A stretch of DNA of 64,000 nucleotides. Origin: an uncultured bacterium. GTDB lineage: Bacteria > Acidobacteriota > Thermoanaerobaculia > Multivoradales > JAHZIX01. Position 1 is the first letter of the stretch; each line of letters opens with the position of its first letter. Of the stretch, positions 28,140 to 37,992 are shown piece by piece. A program made the position numbers and the translations under genes. The notes under the pieces are model-generated. The model was not told the DNA's origin, searched no databases, and was given only the letters and a program-made list of their open reading frames with translations. The stretch spans positions 1 through 64,000 of the forward strand of contig CBDUPA010000010.1 of the NCBI GenBank assembly GCA_965368975.1, given 5' to 3'.

Positions 28140-30137
28140 ATGAGCTATCTGAAACTACCTCGCATCCAGTTCGGCGGCCTGTTCTTCACCGCACCGAGCA
28201 CGATCAACAACCTGCAACCGAACTACCACGAGAACGTGCCGCTGACCAACAGCGAAGGTCAGTACCTGCCCAACGCTCTGTGGAACGCCACCGGCGTCGC
28301 CCAGCTGTGGCTGTCGGAGTGCAAGGTTCTGAGCGTCGTCGGCCCAGACGGCACGCTCCACGAATCCGGCAGCTCGGACCCGATCGTCGGTGCCACCGTC
28401 GAGACCCCGAGTCCGTCGACGCCGAAGCAGACTGCTGACGGTGAGGGTCTGCTGGACATCGCCAAGCTGGTCGATCTCGATCCCTTGCAGCAGGGCCGAA
28501 CCCGCGGTTACGGCCTGCACGTCTTCGTCACGCTGCCCGGAGGCGGCGGCTTCTCGGGACCTTTGACCCCACCCGAGTTGCGCTACATGTACACGCGCGT
28601 CACGCCGCCGCCAAAGTCGGGGGGTAGCTGGTACCTGGTGGGCAATTGGCAGACCGCGATCCCCAAGGACAAGGTCAACTGGTTTGGAGACTTTTCCTCT
28701 TCACCGTTCCTGCAGCACTTCAAGAGCGCCTGCTCCGAAGGCGTCTCCTTCAAAGTGGCCATCGACCTGCACCAGAACGACCCGACGACTCGCTTCACGC
28801 AGGGTGACATGTTCTGCTACGGCCGCGCCACTGGCGCCTTGGGCCCGGCTCAGATCGGTGAACTGGAACAGGTCGTCCCTGGCCGGGTTCTCTACACCTC
28901 CAAACCAGCGCAACCGCAGGCCGAAGCTGCCGATGTCAGCACCACCCCCAGTGAAGACGGTACACCGATCGAAGGCGCGATGAAGGAACACTTGATGTCC
29001 CGCATCGGCAAGACGATGGACGAAATGGGACAGTCGACCGGTGAAATCCCTCTCGAGAGCGGAGTCATTCAGGCTCAAGCCGCCGACCCGCTGTATCCAT
29101 GGAATCCCGGCTTCGCGCAGGCCCAGCAGATCACCGTGAACAAGAGCGGCACACCGGAGACATTCCATGTCCTGAGTCTCGACCTGAGCTTCGCGATCCG
29201 GTTGCAGAAGAGTCCGGGCGGTGGCGCGCTGGGGAAATTCGAGGTCAACTCCGGCATCACCGTCGGGTACATAACGGGATCGTCCTCCTCGGACTTCCAG
29301 CCCCTTCACAATGGAGCTGTCAATTTCGAGGAGAAGTACACTTGGCTCGACTCGGACAACAAGAAATGCTACCTCGTAGACACCAGCGGCATCGTCGACA
29401 TCCGCCTCGAAAGCCAGGAGGTCGGCCCCGTCGGCACCAACCCCCTGGCCGTCCACCTGCACGGCTACGGGTTGATGATCCAAGAACCGGAACAAGGGTA
29501 CTTCATCGATCTCTCGCGTGATTCGCTGCGCCTTGACAGTACGGAAGCCCAGCAGATCCAGGTCATGGTCCGACAGTTCGGCCGACCGGTCGTGGGCGAG
29601 AGGCCCCCGGTGAGATGGGGTGTCTACACCTTGGATTCGCAGTCGCAGCAGAATCCGGTCTCTTCGAACAAGATCCAAGTCAACTGGGTGTCGAAGACGG
29701 ACAACCACGGGCTGGCGACAATGCAAGTGCAAGCGACTGCCTCGGACCTTCCGATTCCGTCGCCGCGAGATCCGCTCGACAGCCTCATGTTCTTCGTCAT
29801 ACTGCAAGGCACGGCCGGACAGCCGATCAGCGACTCCAGCTACATGCCCCTGAGCCTGTCGCTGCTCTACTGGCCAGCCTATTCGGCACCGGCGAATCCG
29901 ACCTGGGATGCCGATGTTCAGCCCATTCTCTTCGCCTACGCGCGTCTCTATCCCGGCATGAAGGGCCGCTTGGATATCAGCGACGAGACGACCGTCAAGG
30001 GCTTCGCCAACGCCATGTACGGGCGCATGGATCCGGCCATCTTCAACGACCCGGCCTATATGCCCGTCACACGCGACCTGGCACCCTCCAAAGCCAAGAT
30101 GATCCGCAAGTGGCTCGAGCCCTACGTCAAGACCTGA
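28140..30137 (+). CDS. Hypothetical VioB/StaD-N-like protein (paralog 2)
   Basis: GAGGA RBS. Shares GLFFTAPSTINN, WNATGVAQ, AKLVDLDP, DLHQN, FCYGR, QVVPGRVL, AYARLYPGMKGRLDI and YMPVTRDLAP with 24388-26403. Confidence 0.75.
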   Translation: MSYLKLPRIQFGGLFFTAPSTINNLQPNYHENVPLTNSEGQYLPNALWNATGVAQLWLSECKVLSVVGPDGTLHESGSSDPIVGATVETPSPSTPKQTADGEGLLDIAKLVDLDPLQQGRTRGYGLHVFVTLPGGGGFSGPLTPPELRYMYTRVTPPPKSGGSWYLVGNWQTAIPKDKVNWFGDFSSSPFLQHFKSACSEGVSFKVAIDLHQNDPTTRFTQGDMFCYGRATGALGPAQIGELEQVVPGRVLYTSKPAQPQAEAADVSTTPSEDGTPIEGAMKEHLMSRIGKTMDEMGQSTGEIPLESGVIQAQAADPLYPWNPGFAQAQQITVNKSGTPETFHVLSLDLSFAIRLQKSPGGGALGKFEVNSGITVGYITGSSSSDFQPLHNGAVNFEEKYTWLDSDNKKCYLVDTSGIVDIRLESQEVGPVGTNPLAVHLHGYGLMIQEPEQGYFIDLSRDSLRLDSTEAQQIQVMVRQFGRPVVGERPPVRWGVYTLDSQSQQNPVSSNKIQVNWVSKTDNHGLATMQVQATASDLPIPSPRDPLDSLMFFVILQGTAGQPISDSSYMPLSLSLLYWPAYSAPANPTWDADVQPILFAYARLYPGMKGRLDISDETTVKGFANAMYGRMDPAIFNDPAYMPVTRDLAPSKAKMIRKWLEPYVKT

Positions 30138-30322
30138 CACGGGATCCGCGCCGCTCCCGGAACCGGCAGTTGACAGCCCAGCCGGGAGCGGCGACAATTC
30201 CCGTCGCTTCGACGCAGCACATTTCGTCTGGCGGCGCCCCAACACGGTGGTTCCCACCTTGCGGCAGCGACGCCCGCATTGACGCCGTCATACCTCCAGA
30301 GAACGAGAAAGGAAGGCCCAAC

Positions 30323-30430
30323 ATGCTTGGCCGACAGCACAAAAACGACGACAAGGCAGATCCCACCCGGAGTCCCGTCTTCTCGCGCGTCTGCTGGCCA
30401 CGCTTCCCTGGGCACTCCACTAGCCCCTGA
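30323..30430 (+). CDS. Possible 35-aa small protein
   Basis: AAAGGAAGG lies 6 nt before the ATG. Translation MLGRQHKNDDKADPTRSPVFSRVCWPRFPGHSTSP. A strong terminator follows downstream. Confidence 0.3.
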   Translation: MLGRQHKNDDKADPTRSPVFSRVCWPRFPGHSTSP

Positions 30431-30515
30431 TACCTTCTTCCGAGCGCGGCCAATATCTCCACCCAGGAGAGGCAGAGGCGCCGGAAGCAAGCTCCGTCGC
30501 ACCCTCTCCGTAGCC

Positions 30516-30552
30516 AACGCCTTCCCGGTCTGCAGACCGGGAAGGCGTTTTT
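30516..30552 (+). terminator. Rho-independent terminator
   Basis: Perfect 34-nt palindrome AACGCCTTCCCGGTC-TGCA-GACCGGGAAGGCGTT ending in a T5 run. Confidence 0.8.
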
Positions 30553-30814
30553 CGTGCCACCTGCGAGTAATGCCACCGCGAGCACCAGTACAACACGTAC
30601 AAAAAAGTCCAACGAGTACATGGCGGCCAAAATAAGTATGCAGGACGCACGAGCGAAGCGTGAACTTCGAGTCTGGATCGTCCTACCGAGACCTGCATCT
30701 GCGCTACGACGCCTGCGTCGCTCGTGCTGGTGCCCGGGAGCCGCGTCCTCGGCTCAGGAATCGCGACAACCACCTGCGTTCTTGCGCAGAAGCCTGCGAT
30801 ATCCTCGGAGGATC

Positions 30815-32542
30815 ATGAACATTCTGCGATGCATCGGTGTCCTGACTGCCCTCTTCAGCTTGACCGCTTGCTCGACGGTCGACCGCTCCCCAAGGTCGAC
30901 GACCGTCCCGAGCACGACAACCATCGTCTCCCCCGAGGCGGCAGCGCCGCCGGTCGGCGAAGCAGCTTCCAACCGGCGCTTCCGCATCTTGCAGATCAAC
31001 GACGTCTACAAGGTCGAAGGTCTGGAAGACGGCACCATCGGCGGCCTGGCCCGCGTCCGCACCCTGCGTGAGAACCTCGAAGCCGATGGCACTCCCGTGC
31101 TGCTGCTGCACGGCGGCGACGTCATCTATCCGTCGGTGATGAGCAAGTATTTCGACGCCAGGGCCATGATCGAGGTGCTCAACCTGCTCGACGGCGATCC
31201 AGAAGCCTTCGACGAGCGCATGTTCGTCACCTTCGGCAACCACGAGTTCGACCGCAGCACCCCCACCATTCTGCTCGACCGCCTGCGCGAGAGTGCTTTC
31301 AGCTGGGTCAGCTCGAACGTCTACTTCCGCAAGCCGGACGAAGCGCCCCAGCCCTTCCTGCGCATCGTCCCGACGGTCTGGCACACGCGCGTCGTCGATC
31401 TCGAGGGTCTCCGCGTCGGCATCTTCGGACTGACCCTCGACGATACCGGCCGTGACTACATCCACTACGACTACGGCGACGTGGAAACGGGCGAGCACCG
31501 GCTGCAGCTGCAAGACATAGCCGTCCGCTCGGCGATCGCAACACTGCGAGACGACGGCGCCGAAGTGATTGTCGCCCTCACCCACCAGGAAATGAGTGAG
31601 GATCGGCGTCTGGCACGTGCCTTTCCAGAGATCGACGTGGTGATTGGCGGTCACGAGCACATCCACCTGTCCGACAAAGTCGACGACACTTGGATCACCA
31701 AAGCCGATTCCGACGCGCGCACCGCCTGGATCTTCGAACTCGACGCTTCGAATCCAGACAGGCTGCGGGTCGAGCCCAGGCTGCAGGACCTGGACGCCAG
31801 TATCACCAAGGATCCACAAGTGCAGGCGGTCGTCGACCAGTGGGTCGCCCGGCTCGAAGCCAAGGTCGAGAACTACTCCAAGGTCTACGGCACCACCGTC
31901 CACGAACTGAAAGGTGAAGAATCGGCGATCCGGGGCCGGGAAACCGCCATGGGCAACTGGCTCGCCGACGTCATGCGCGAGCGCATGGCCACCGACATCG
32001 CCTTCTTCAACGGCGGCTCGGTGCGCATCAACGACAACATCCCGGCCGGAGGTGACATCCGCGGCGAGCACCTCGAGGGGATCTTCTACTTCGACGGCTC
32101 CCTCGTCGCCTTCGACCTTACCGGTGCCCAGCTACTCAAGGTGCTGAACAACTCCGTCTCGCTGGCCGACAGCGGTGCCGGCCGCTTCCTGCAGGTCTCG
32201 GGCCTGCGCTTCCGCTATCACCCGATCGCGACCACCGACGGCGAAGCGACCTTCGAGGTCGTCGAAGATTCCGTCGAGATCCTGGACCCAGCCACCGGCA
32301 ACTACCGTCCGCTCGACCGCGATGCCAGCTACAGCACCACCACCAGCTACTACCTCTGGGACCGTGGTAGCGAGTCCGATGGCTACGACCTCTTCAGCCG
32401 GCATGCTGGCGGCACCAGCCCGCCCTTGACCAACGGTGAACTCCAGGACATCGACTGGCGCGGCATCACGGAGACCTGGCTGGCCAAGCACGAACAGGTG
32501 ACGGTCGACGTCGAGGATCGGATCGTGCGCCAAGAGCCTTGA
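30815..32542 (+). CDS. Bifunctional metallophosphoesterase/5'-nucleotidase lipoprotein
   Basis: ATG 30815 follows GGAGG. Lipobox LTA-C. Motifs INDVY, GGDV, GNHEFD, LTHQ, GGHEH. C-terminal domain motifs ETAMGNWLAD, NGGSVR, GRFLQVSGL. Confidence 0.93.
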   Translation: MNILRCIGVLTALFSLTACSTVDRSPRSTTVPSTTTIVSPEAAAPPVGEAASNRRFRILQINDVYKVEGLEDGTIGGLARVRTLRENLEADGTPVLLLHGGDVIYPSVMSKYFDARAMIEVLNLLDGDPEAFDERMFVTFGNHEFDRSTPTILLDRLRESAFSWVSSNVYFRKPDEAPQPFLRIVPTVWHTRVVDLEGLRVGIFGLTLDDTGRDYIHYDYGDVETGEHRLQLQDIAVRSAIATLRDDGAEVIVALTHQEMSEDRRLARAFPEIDVVIGGHEHIHLSDKVDDTWITKADSDARTAWIFELDASNPDRLRVEPRLQDLDASITKDPQVQAVVDQWVARLEAKVENYSKVYGTTVHELKGEESAIRGRETAMGNWLADVMRERMATDIAFFNGGSVRINDNIPAGGDIRGEHLEGIFYFDGSLVAFDLTGAQLLKVLNNSVSLADSGAGRFLQVSGLRFRYHPIATTDGEATFEVVEDSVEILDPATGNYRPLDRDASYSTTTSYYLWDRGSESDGYDLFSRHAGGTSPPLTNGELQDIDWRGITETWLAKHEQVTVDVEDRIVRQEP

Positions 32543-32591
32543 GGCCGAACCGACCGTCCGCGTCTCGAGCACGGGCACTCCGCCCTTGCGC

Positions 32592-32622
32592 TATGATGGA
32601 AATATCAAGCAATATTTCAATC
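32592..32622 (+). promoter_or_regulatory. -10 box and overlapping operator-like inverted repeat upstream of the EndoU gene
   Basis: TATGAT at 32592-32597. GATGGAAATAT-N6-ATATTTCAATC (32595-32622) has 10/11 matching arms and is an AT-rich patch in GC-rich DNA. Confidence 0.5.
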
Positions 32623-32636
32623 GCTGGGAGGTTGCT

Positions 32637-33911
32637 ATGGACATCTATCAGCAGATCTGGAACGCGGACCAAGACGGCAACGGCATTCGACCAGTGCTGC
32701 GCGAGGCCGACGGGGACTCGGCACAAGGTTTCGTGGTGGTCGACGAGTTGGGTCAGGGCGAGAGCCACCGTCTCTTTCCCAAGGTCCACATCCCGGACGC
32801 CAAACGCTCGACCTACGAACTCTGCCACTCCCTGTTCAACAACTATCGTCTGGACAAGACCAAGCGCGAGATCAAGACGCCAGAGGAAGACGCGGAGGTC
32901 TTCGCGCTACTCGACGCCATCTTCGAAAGCCCACCCATGCAGGTGGCGCGCGAGTACGTCGAGGCTCAGACCGCCGAGACCTGGGACCAGCAGCGCTGGA
33001 CGTCAAGCCTGATCGACATCTGGTTCCGCCAGTTCGACATGGGTTCCGGCCGCGACCTCAGTGGCTTCGAACACATCATCATCGGCGAGCAAGACCACGG
33101 CAAGGTGAGCGGCTACCACTTCTGGTACAAGTACCACCTCGACGACTCCGCCGACTTCCTCGACCGGGACGACGTCTTCTTCGTCGGCCCGCGCTACGAT
33201 GGTCCCAACGCTGCCCACGGCCCGTTGACGGAACTCGGCGTCAACACGCCGGACGTCTCGACCCTCGCCTACCGCTGGGAAGCGTTCGACTACGACACCG
33301 AGCAACGCCGCCCCCTCTACAAGCCGATCGGCGGCTTCTGGAACGGCCTCAGCATCGAGGGCCTCCTCGCCCTCGGCACCGTCCGCTTCATCCCGGCGGC
33401 TCGCTCACCCAAGGAGGCGGCGATCAACGGTGTGCTCTACGGTCTCAAGCTCTACCGCAGCGACGATGGTCGCAGCCTGCGCACCTTCTATCCTCAGCTC
33501 CTGGGCGGCGCCCAACCCCAACCAGGCCCGCCCCCCCAACCCGGCCCCACGCCGAGCCCGCAACCCACGCCGAGCCCAGCAACCGGAGCAGTCGTTCGGA
33601 TCATCGCCGCGCTGGTCAACCCGGAAGGCCACGACGAGGGGCTCGAAACCGTCACCGTGATCAACGTCGCCCCCGAGGCCATCGACCTCGGTGGTTGGGC
33701 GATCCGCGACCGCAACGGCAACAGCTTCACCCTGCCAGCACGGCACCTCCCCGCCGGTGCCACCCACACCATCACCCTGCCGCGCAATACCGCCCAGTTG
33801 GGAAACCGAGGCGGCCGTATCGAGTTGCTCGACGCGGGCGGCCAAGTGGTGCACAAGGTCGAGTACTCGCGCGCCGACGCGGACCGCTCGGGCTGGACGC
33901 TGCTGTTCTGA
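32637..33911 (+). CDS. XendoU/EndoU-family endoribonuclease fused to a C-terminal lamin-tail (LTD)-like domain
   Basis: ATG 32637 follows GGGAGG. SGFEHIIIGE...SGYHFW and YKPIGGF provide the His-His-Lys set. A Pro/Gln linker leads to RIIAALVNPEG.D...E.VTVIN...IDLGGW.IRD...LGNRGG.IEL. Confidence 0.82.
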   Translation: MDIYQQIWNADQDGNGIRPVLREADGDSAQGFVVVDELGQGESHRLFPKVHIPDAKRSTYELCHSLFNNYRLDKTKREIKTPEEDAEVFALLDAIFESPPMQVAREYVEAQTAETWDQQRWTSSLIDIWFRQFDMGSGRDLSGFEHIIIGEQDHGKVSGYHFWYKYHLDDSADFLDRDDVFFVGPRYDGPNAAHGPLTELGVNTPDVSTLAYRWEAFDYDTEQRRPLYKPIGGFWNGLSIEGLLALGTVRFIPAARSPKEAAINGVLYGLKLYRSDDGRSLRTFYPQLLGGAQPQPGPPPQPGPTPSPQPTPSPATGAVVRIIAALVNPEGHDEGLETVTVINVAPEAIDLGGWAIRDRNGNSFTLPARHLPAGATHTITLPRNTAQLGNRGGRIELLDAGGQVVHKVEYSRADADRSGWTLLF

Positions 33912-33974
33912 GGCGTGTTCTGAGGTTCCTCTACAGGCAACGTACTTTGTCCCTGTGCCCTCTCCGCCCATTAG

Positions 33975-34011
33975 CCTTGAAAATCGGTCATCTCCTGATC
34001 GATTTTCAAGG
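33975..34011. repeat. AT-rich 16-bp inverted repeat
   Basis: CCTTGAAAATCGGTCA-TCTCC-TGATCGATTTTCAAGG with one G-T pair. No U tract on either side. Confidence 0.7.
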
Positions 34012-34111
34012 ACAACGCTGATCAAGGAACCGTCCTCCCGGACGTAAGTGGACCTACTCCTCCTCACTTGCCGCGTTTACCCAATGAACGGACAAGAACA
34101 TGGAGGAACAA

Positions 34112-34915
34112 ATGGCAATTCAGAACCGGATCCTGTCCTGCTTGGTAGTCGCCCTTTTCATCTGCACATCAGTGCTGACCGCGCAGGAGGTTCTGACCAA
34201 TGAGAGCGTGTTGAACCTCCACAAGGCAGGCTTGCCGGCAGAGATCATCGCCGCCAAGGTCAAGCAAGCCAAGGAGGTCGCTTTCGCGCTGGATACGGAG
34301 AATTTGGTGGCACTCCAGGAAGCTGGTTTGCCGTCCGAGGTGATTACAGCCATGCTGGAGCGGACCACTGAGGTCAGCGCTGGCTCCAGCCCGCTCTCCG
34401 CCCATCTCACAAGCGATGACCTAGGAATCAGTGTTCTGCGGACAAGTATCGTCACCGCAGAAGGGAATAGGAAGCTGAGATTGGAGCGCGGCCAATTCTC
34501 GCTTGCCGGGTTCATCTACTACATGCGGTTCATGAACTACGCTGGCCTTCGTGCCAACGTCCGGACTCAAGACACTCGCCCCATCTTGCATGTCGAATCC
34601 AGTAACTCGTTGGACGAGAATCGCTACTCCCTGGTCAAGCTAGATGTCGACGAAGATGACAATGTACGTTCGTTGAAGGTATCTCAGGGCCTCAAGTCAA
34701 CTCTCGGCACCAGTACCGTCGGACGTATGAAACCGGATGAGGACTGGGTAGTTCCATGGGACGTCAAGCAGATTGAGGACAACACCTGGGCGGTGCAACC
34801 GACAGAACATCTAGAACCCGGCGAATATGGGCTGTATATCCAAGTTGGTGCCAACGCACAGAGCGGAGGCCTCTTCGGATTCGGAGTCGACGCAGGCCCC
34901 GGCTCGGAACCGTAA
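34112..34915 (+). CDS. Exported hypothetical protein
   Basis: ATG 34112 follows GGAGG. Signal peptide ending LTA-QE. Repeated helical motif LTNESVLNLHKAGLP / LVALQEAGLPSEVI. C-terminal LEPGEYG...FGFGVD. GC is visibly lower than in the flanks. Confidence 0.85.
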   Translation: MAIQNRILSCLVVALFICTSVLTAQEVLTNESVLNLHKAGLPAEIIAAKVKQAKEVAFALDTENLVALQEAGLPSEVITAMLERTTEVSAGSSPLSAHLTSDDLGISVLRTSIVTAEGNRKLRLERGQFSLAGFIYYMRFMNYAGLRANVRTQDTRPILHVESSNSLDENRYSLVKLDVDEDDNVRSLKVSQGLKSTLGTSTVGRMKPDEDWVVPWDVKQIEDNTWAVQPTEHLEPGEYGLYIQVGANAQSGGLFGFGVDAGPGSEP

Positions 34916-34972
34916 ACCGTCCTCAGACGGCAGGAAGGGCAGACAGAAGCACCGCTGGGCAGCAGCCGGTCG

Positions 34973-36718
<1,746 letters not shown>

Positions 36719-37992
36719 AGGTCTCCTCCGCTGAGGTTGATTCGGCGGTCGTGCTCTCCGAGATTCGAACTCGTGCTCGCTGGTGGTCGAGAGCTTCGAT
36801 TGACGAACCCTCACGGGGTTCGCACCAGCGCGGCAGGAAGATGTCGAAGCGCGTGCCGTGACCGGGCGCACTCTCGACCCGCAACGCGCCGCCAAGATCC
36901 TCGACCAGGTTCTTGACCACCGCCAGACCGAGCCCGGCACCGCGCCGCGCACCGCTCTTGCGGGTGGTGAAAAACGGGTGAAAGATCTGCCGCAGGGTCT
37001 CGGCGTCCATGCCCGGACCGTCGTCGGTGACGGACAGACGCAGATAGCTGCCGGCCGCCAGTAACGTGCCACTGAGGTCCTCCGGCAGAGCGCTCTCGAC
37101 GATGGCAGTCTCCACCTGCACACAGCCTCCCTGCTCGGCCAAGGCGTGGCAGGCGTTGGTGATCAAGTTGAGCACGATCTGGTGTAACTGCACCGGCGCT
37201 GTCAGCACCCGGTCTTCGTCGCCGCTGAGATGCGGCTCGATGTGCACGCCAGCCGGCAACGGTGGCAACAAAAGGCCGACGACCTCTTGGACAACGGCGT
37301 GCAATTCCTCTGGCCGACGAGCCTGGGCCTCCTGCCGCGTGAAAGCAAGCACGCGCTCGACCAGGCCTCGGGCACGCTTGGAGGCCACCAGGACCTGCTC
37401 CAGATCTTGAGCCGCTCGTGAAGCGGCATCCAGTTCGGTCAGCGCCGCGTTGGTGAACCCAGCGATGGCTGTCAGGATGTTGCTGAAGTCGTGCGCGATG
37501 CCGCCTGCCAAGAGGCCGAGTGCGTCGTTCTTCTGGGCTTGCAGCAATTGACGTTCGAGTTGCTTCTGTGCCTCGCCGAGACGGCGCTGCGCCTGTAGCT
37601 CACGCCAGCGCTGGGCAGTCCGTTCGAGGATCGGCACCAGGTGTTCGAGCACCGACGCACTCTTGGTCAGGTAGTCGAGAGCACCTGCACGCATCGCTTC
37701 GACGGCAGCGCTCTCGTCACCGTGCGCGGTGAGGACGATGACCGCGTAGCGAGTCTTCTCCAGCGGCTCCACGAGATCCAGACCGCGACCATCAGGCAGA
37801 ACCAGATCGAGCAGGACGAGGTCCGGTACCTCCCGCTGCACAGCGGCATGAGCCGCCCGAACCGTCTCGACCTGTTCGACCTGGAAGCGATCTTCAGCAC
37901 GCCGCAGCCGCAGGCGCAGCAGGCGTGCGAAGGCGCTGTCGTCTTCGACGATCAGGAGACGCAGCGGTGTCTTGGAAACGCCGGCCACGACC

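Noticed and set aside
24388-30137. Violacein or indolocarbazole biosynthetic cluster
   Set aside because: No VioA/RebO oxidase, VioE, StaP or ferritin-like domain is present, so the resemblance is limited to the VioB N-terminal region.
28701-30257. 518-aa minus-strand ORF
   Set aside because: It is antisense to paralog 2, whose frame is confirmed by homology to paralog 1.
36719-37123. N-terminal extensions in the ORF track (ggt from 37123; also 30554, 24247, 22455 and 32586)
   Set aside because: Downstream ATGs have clear RBSs and give proper signal peptides or family N-termini. The extensions overlap other genes or promoters.
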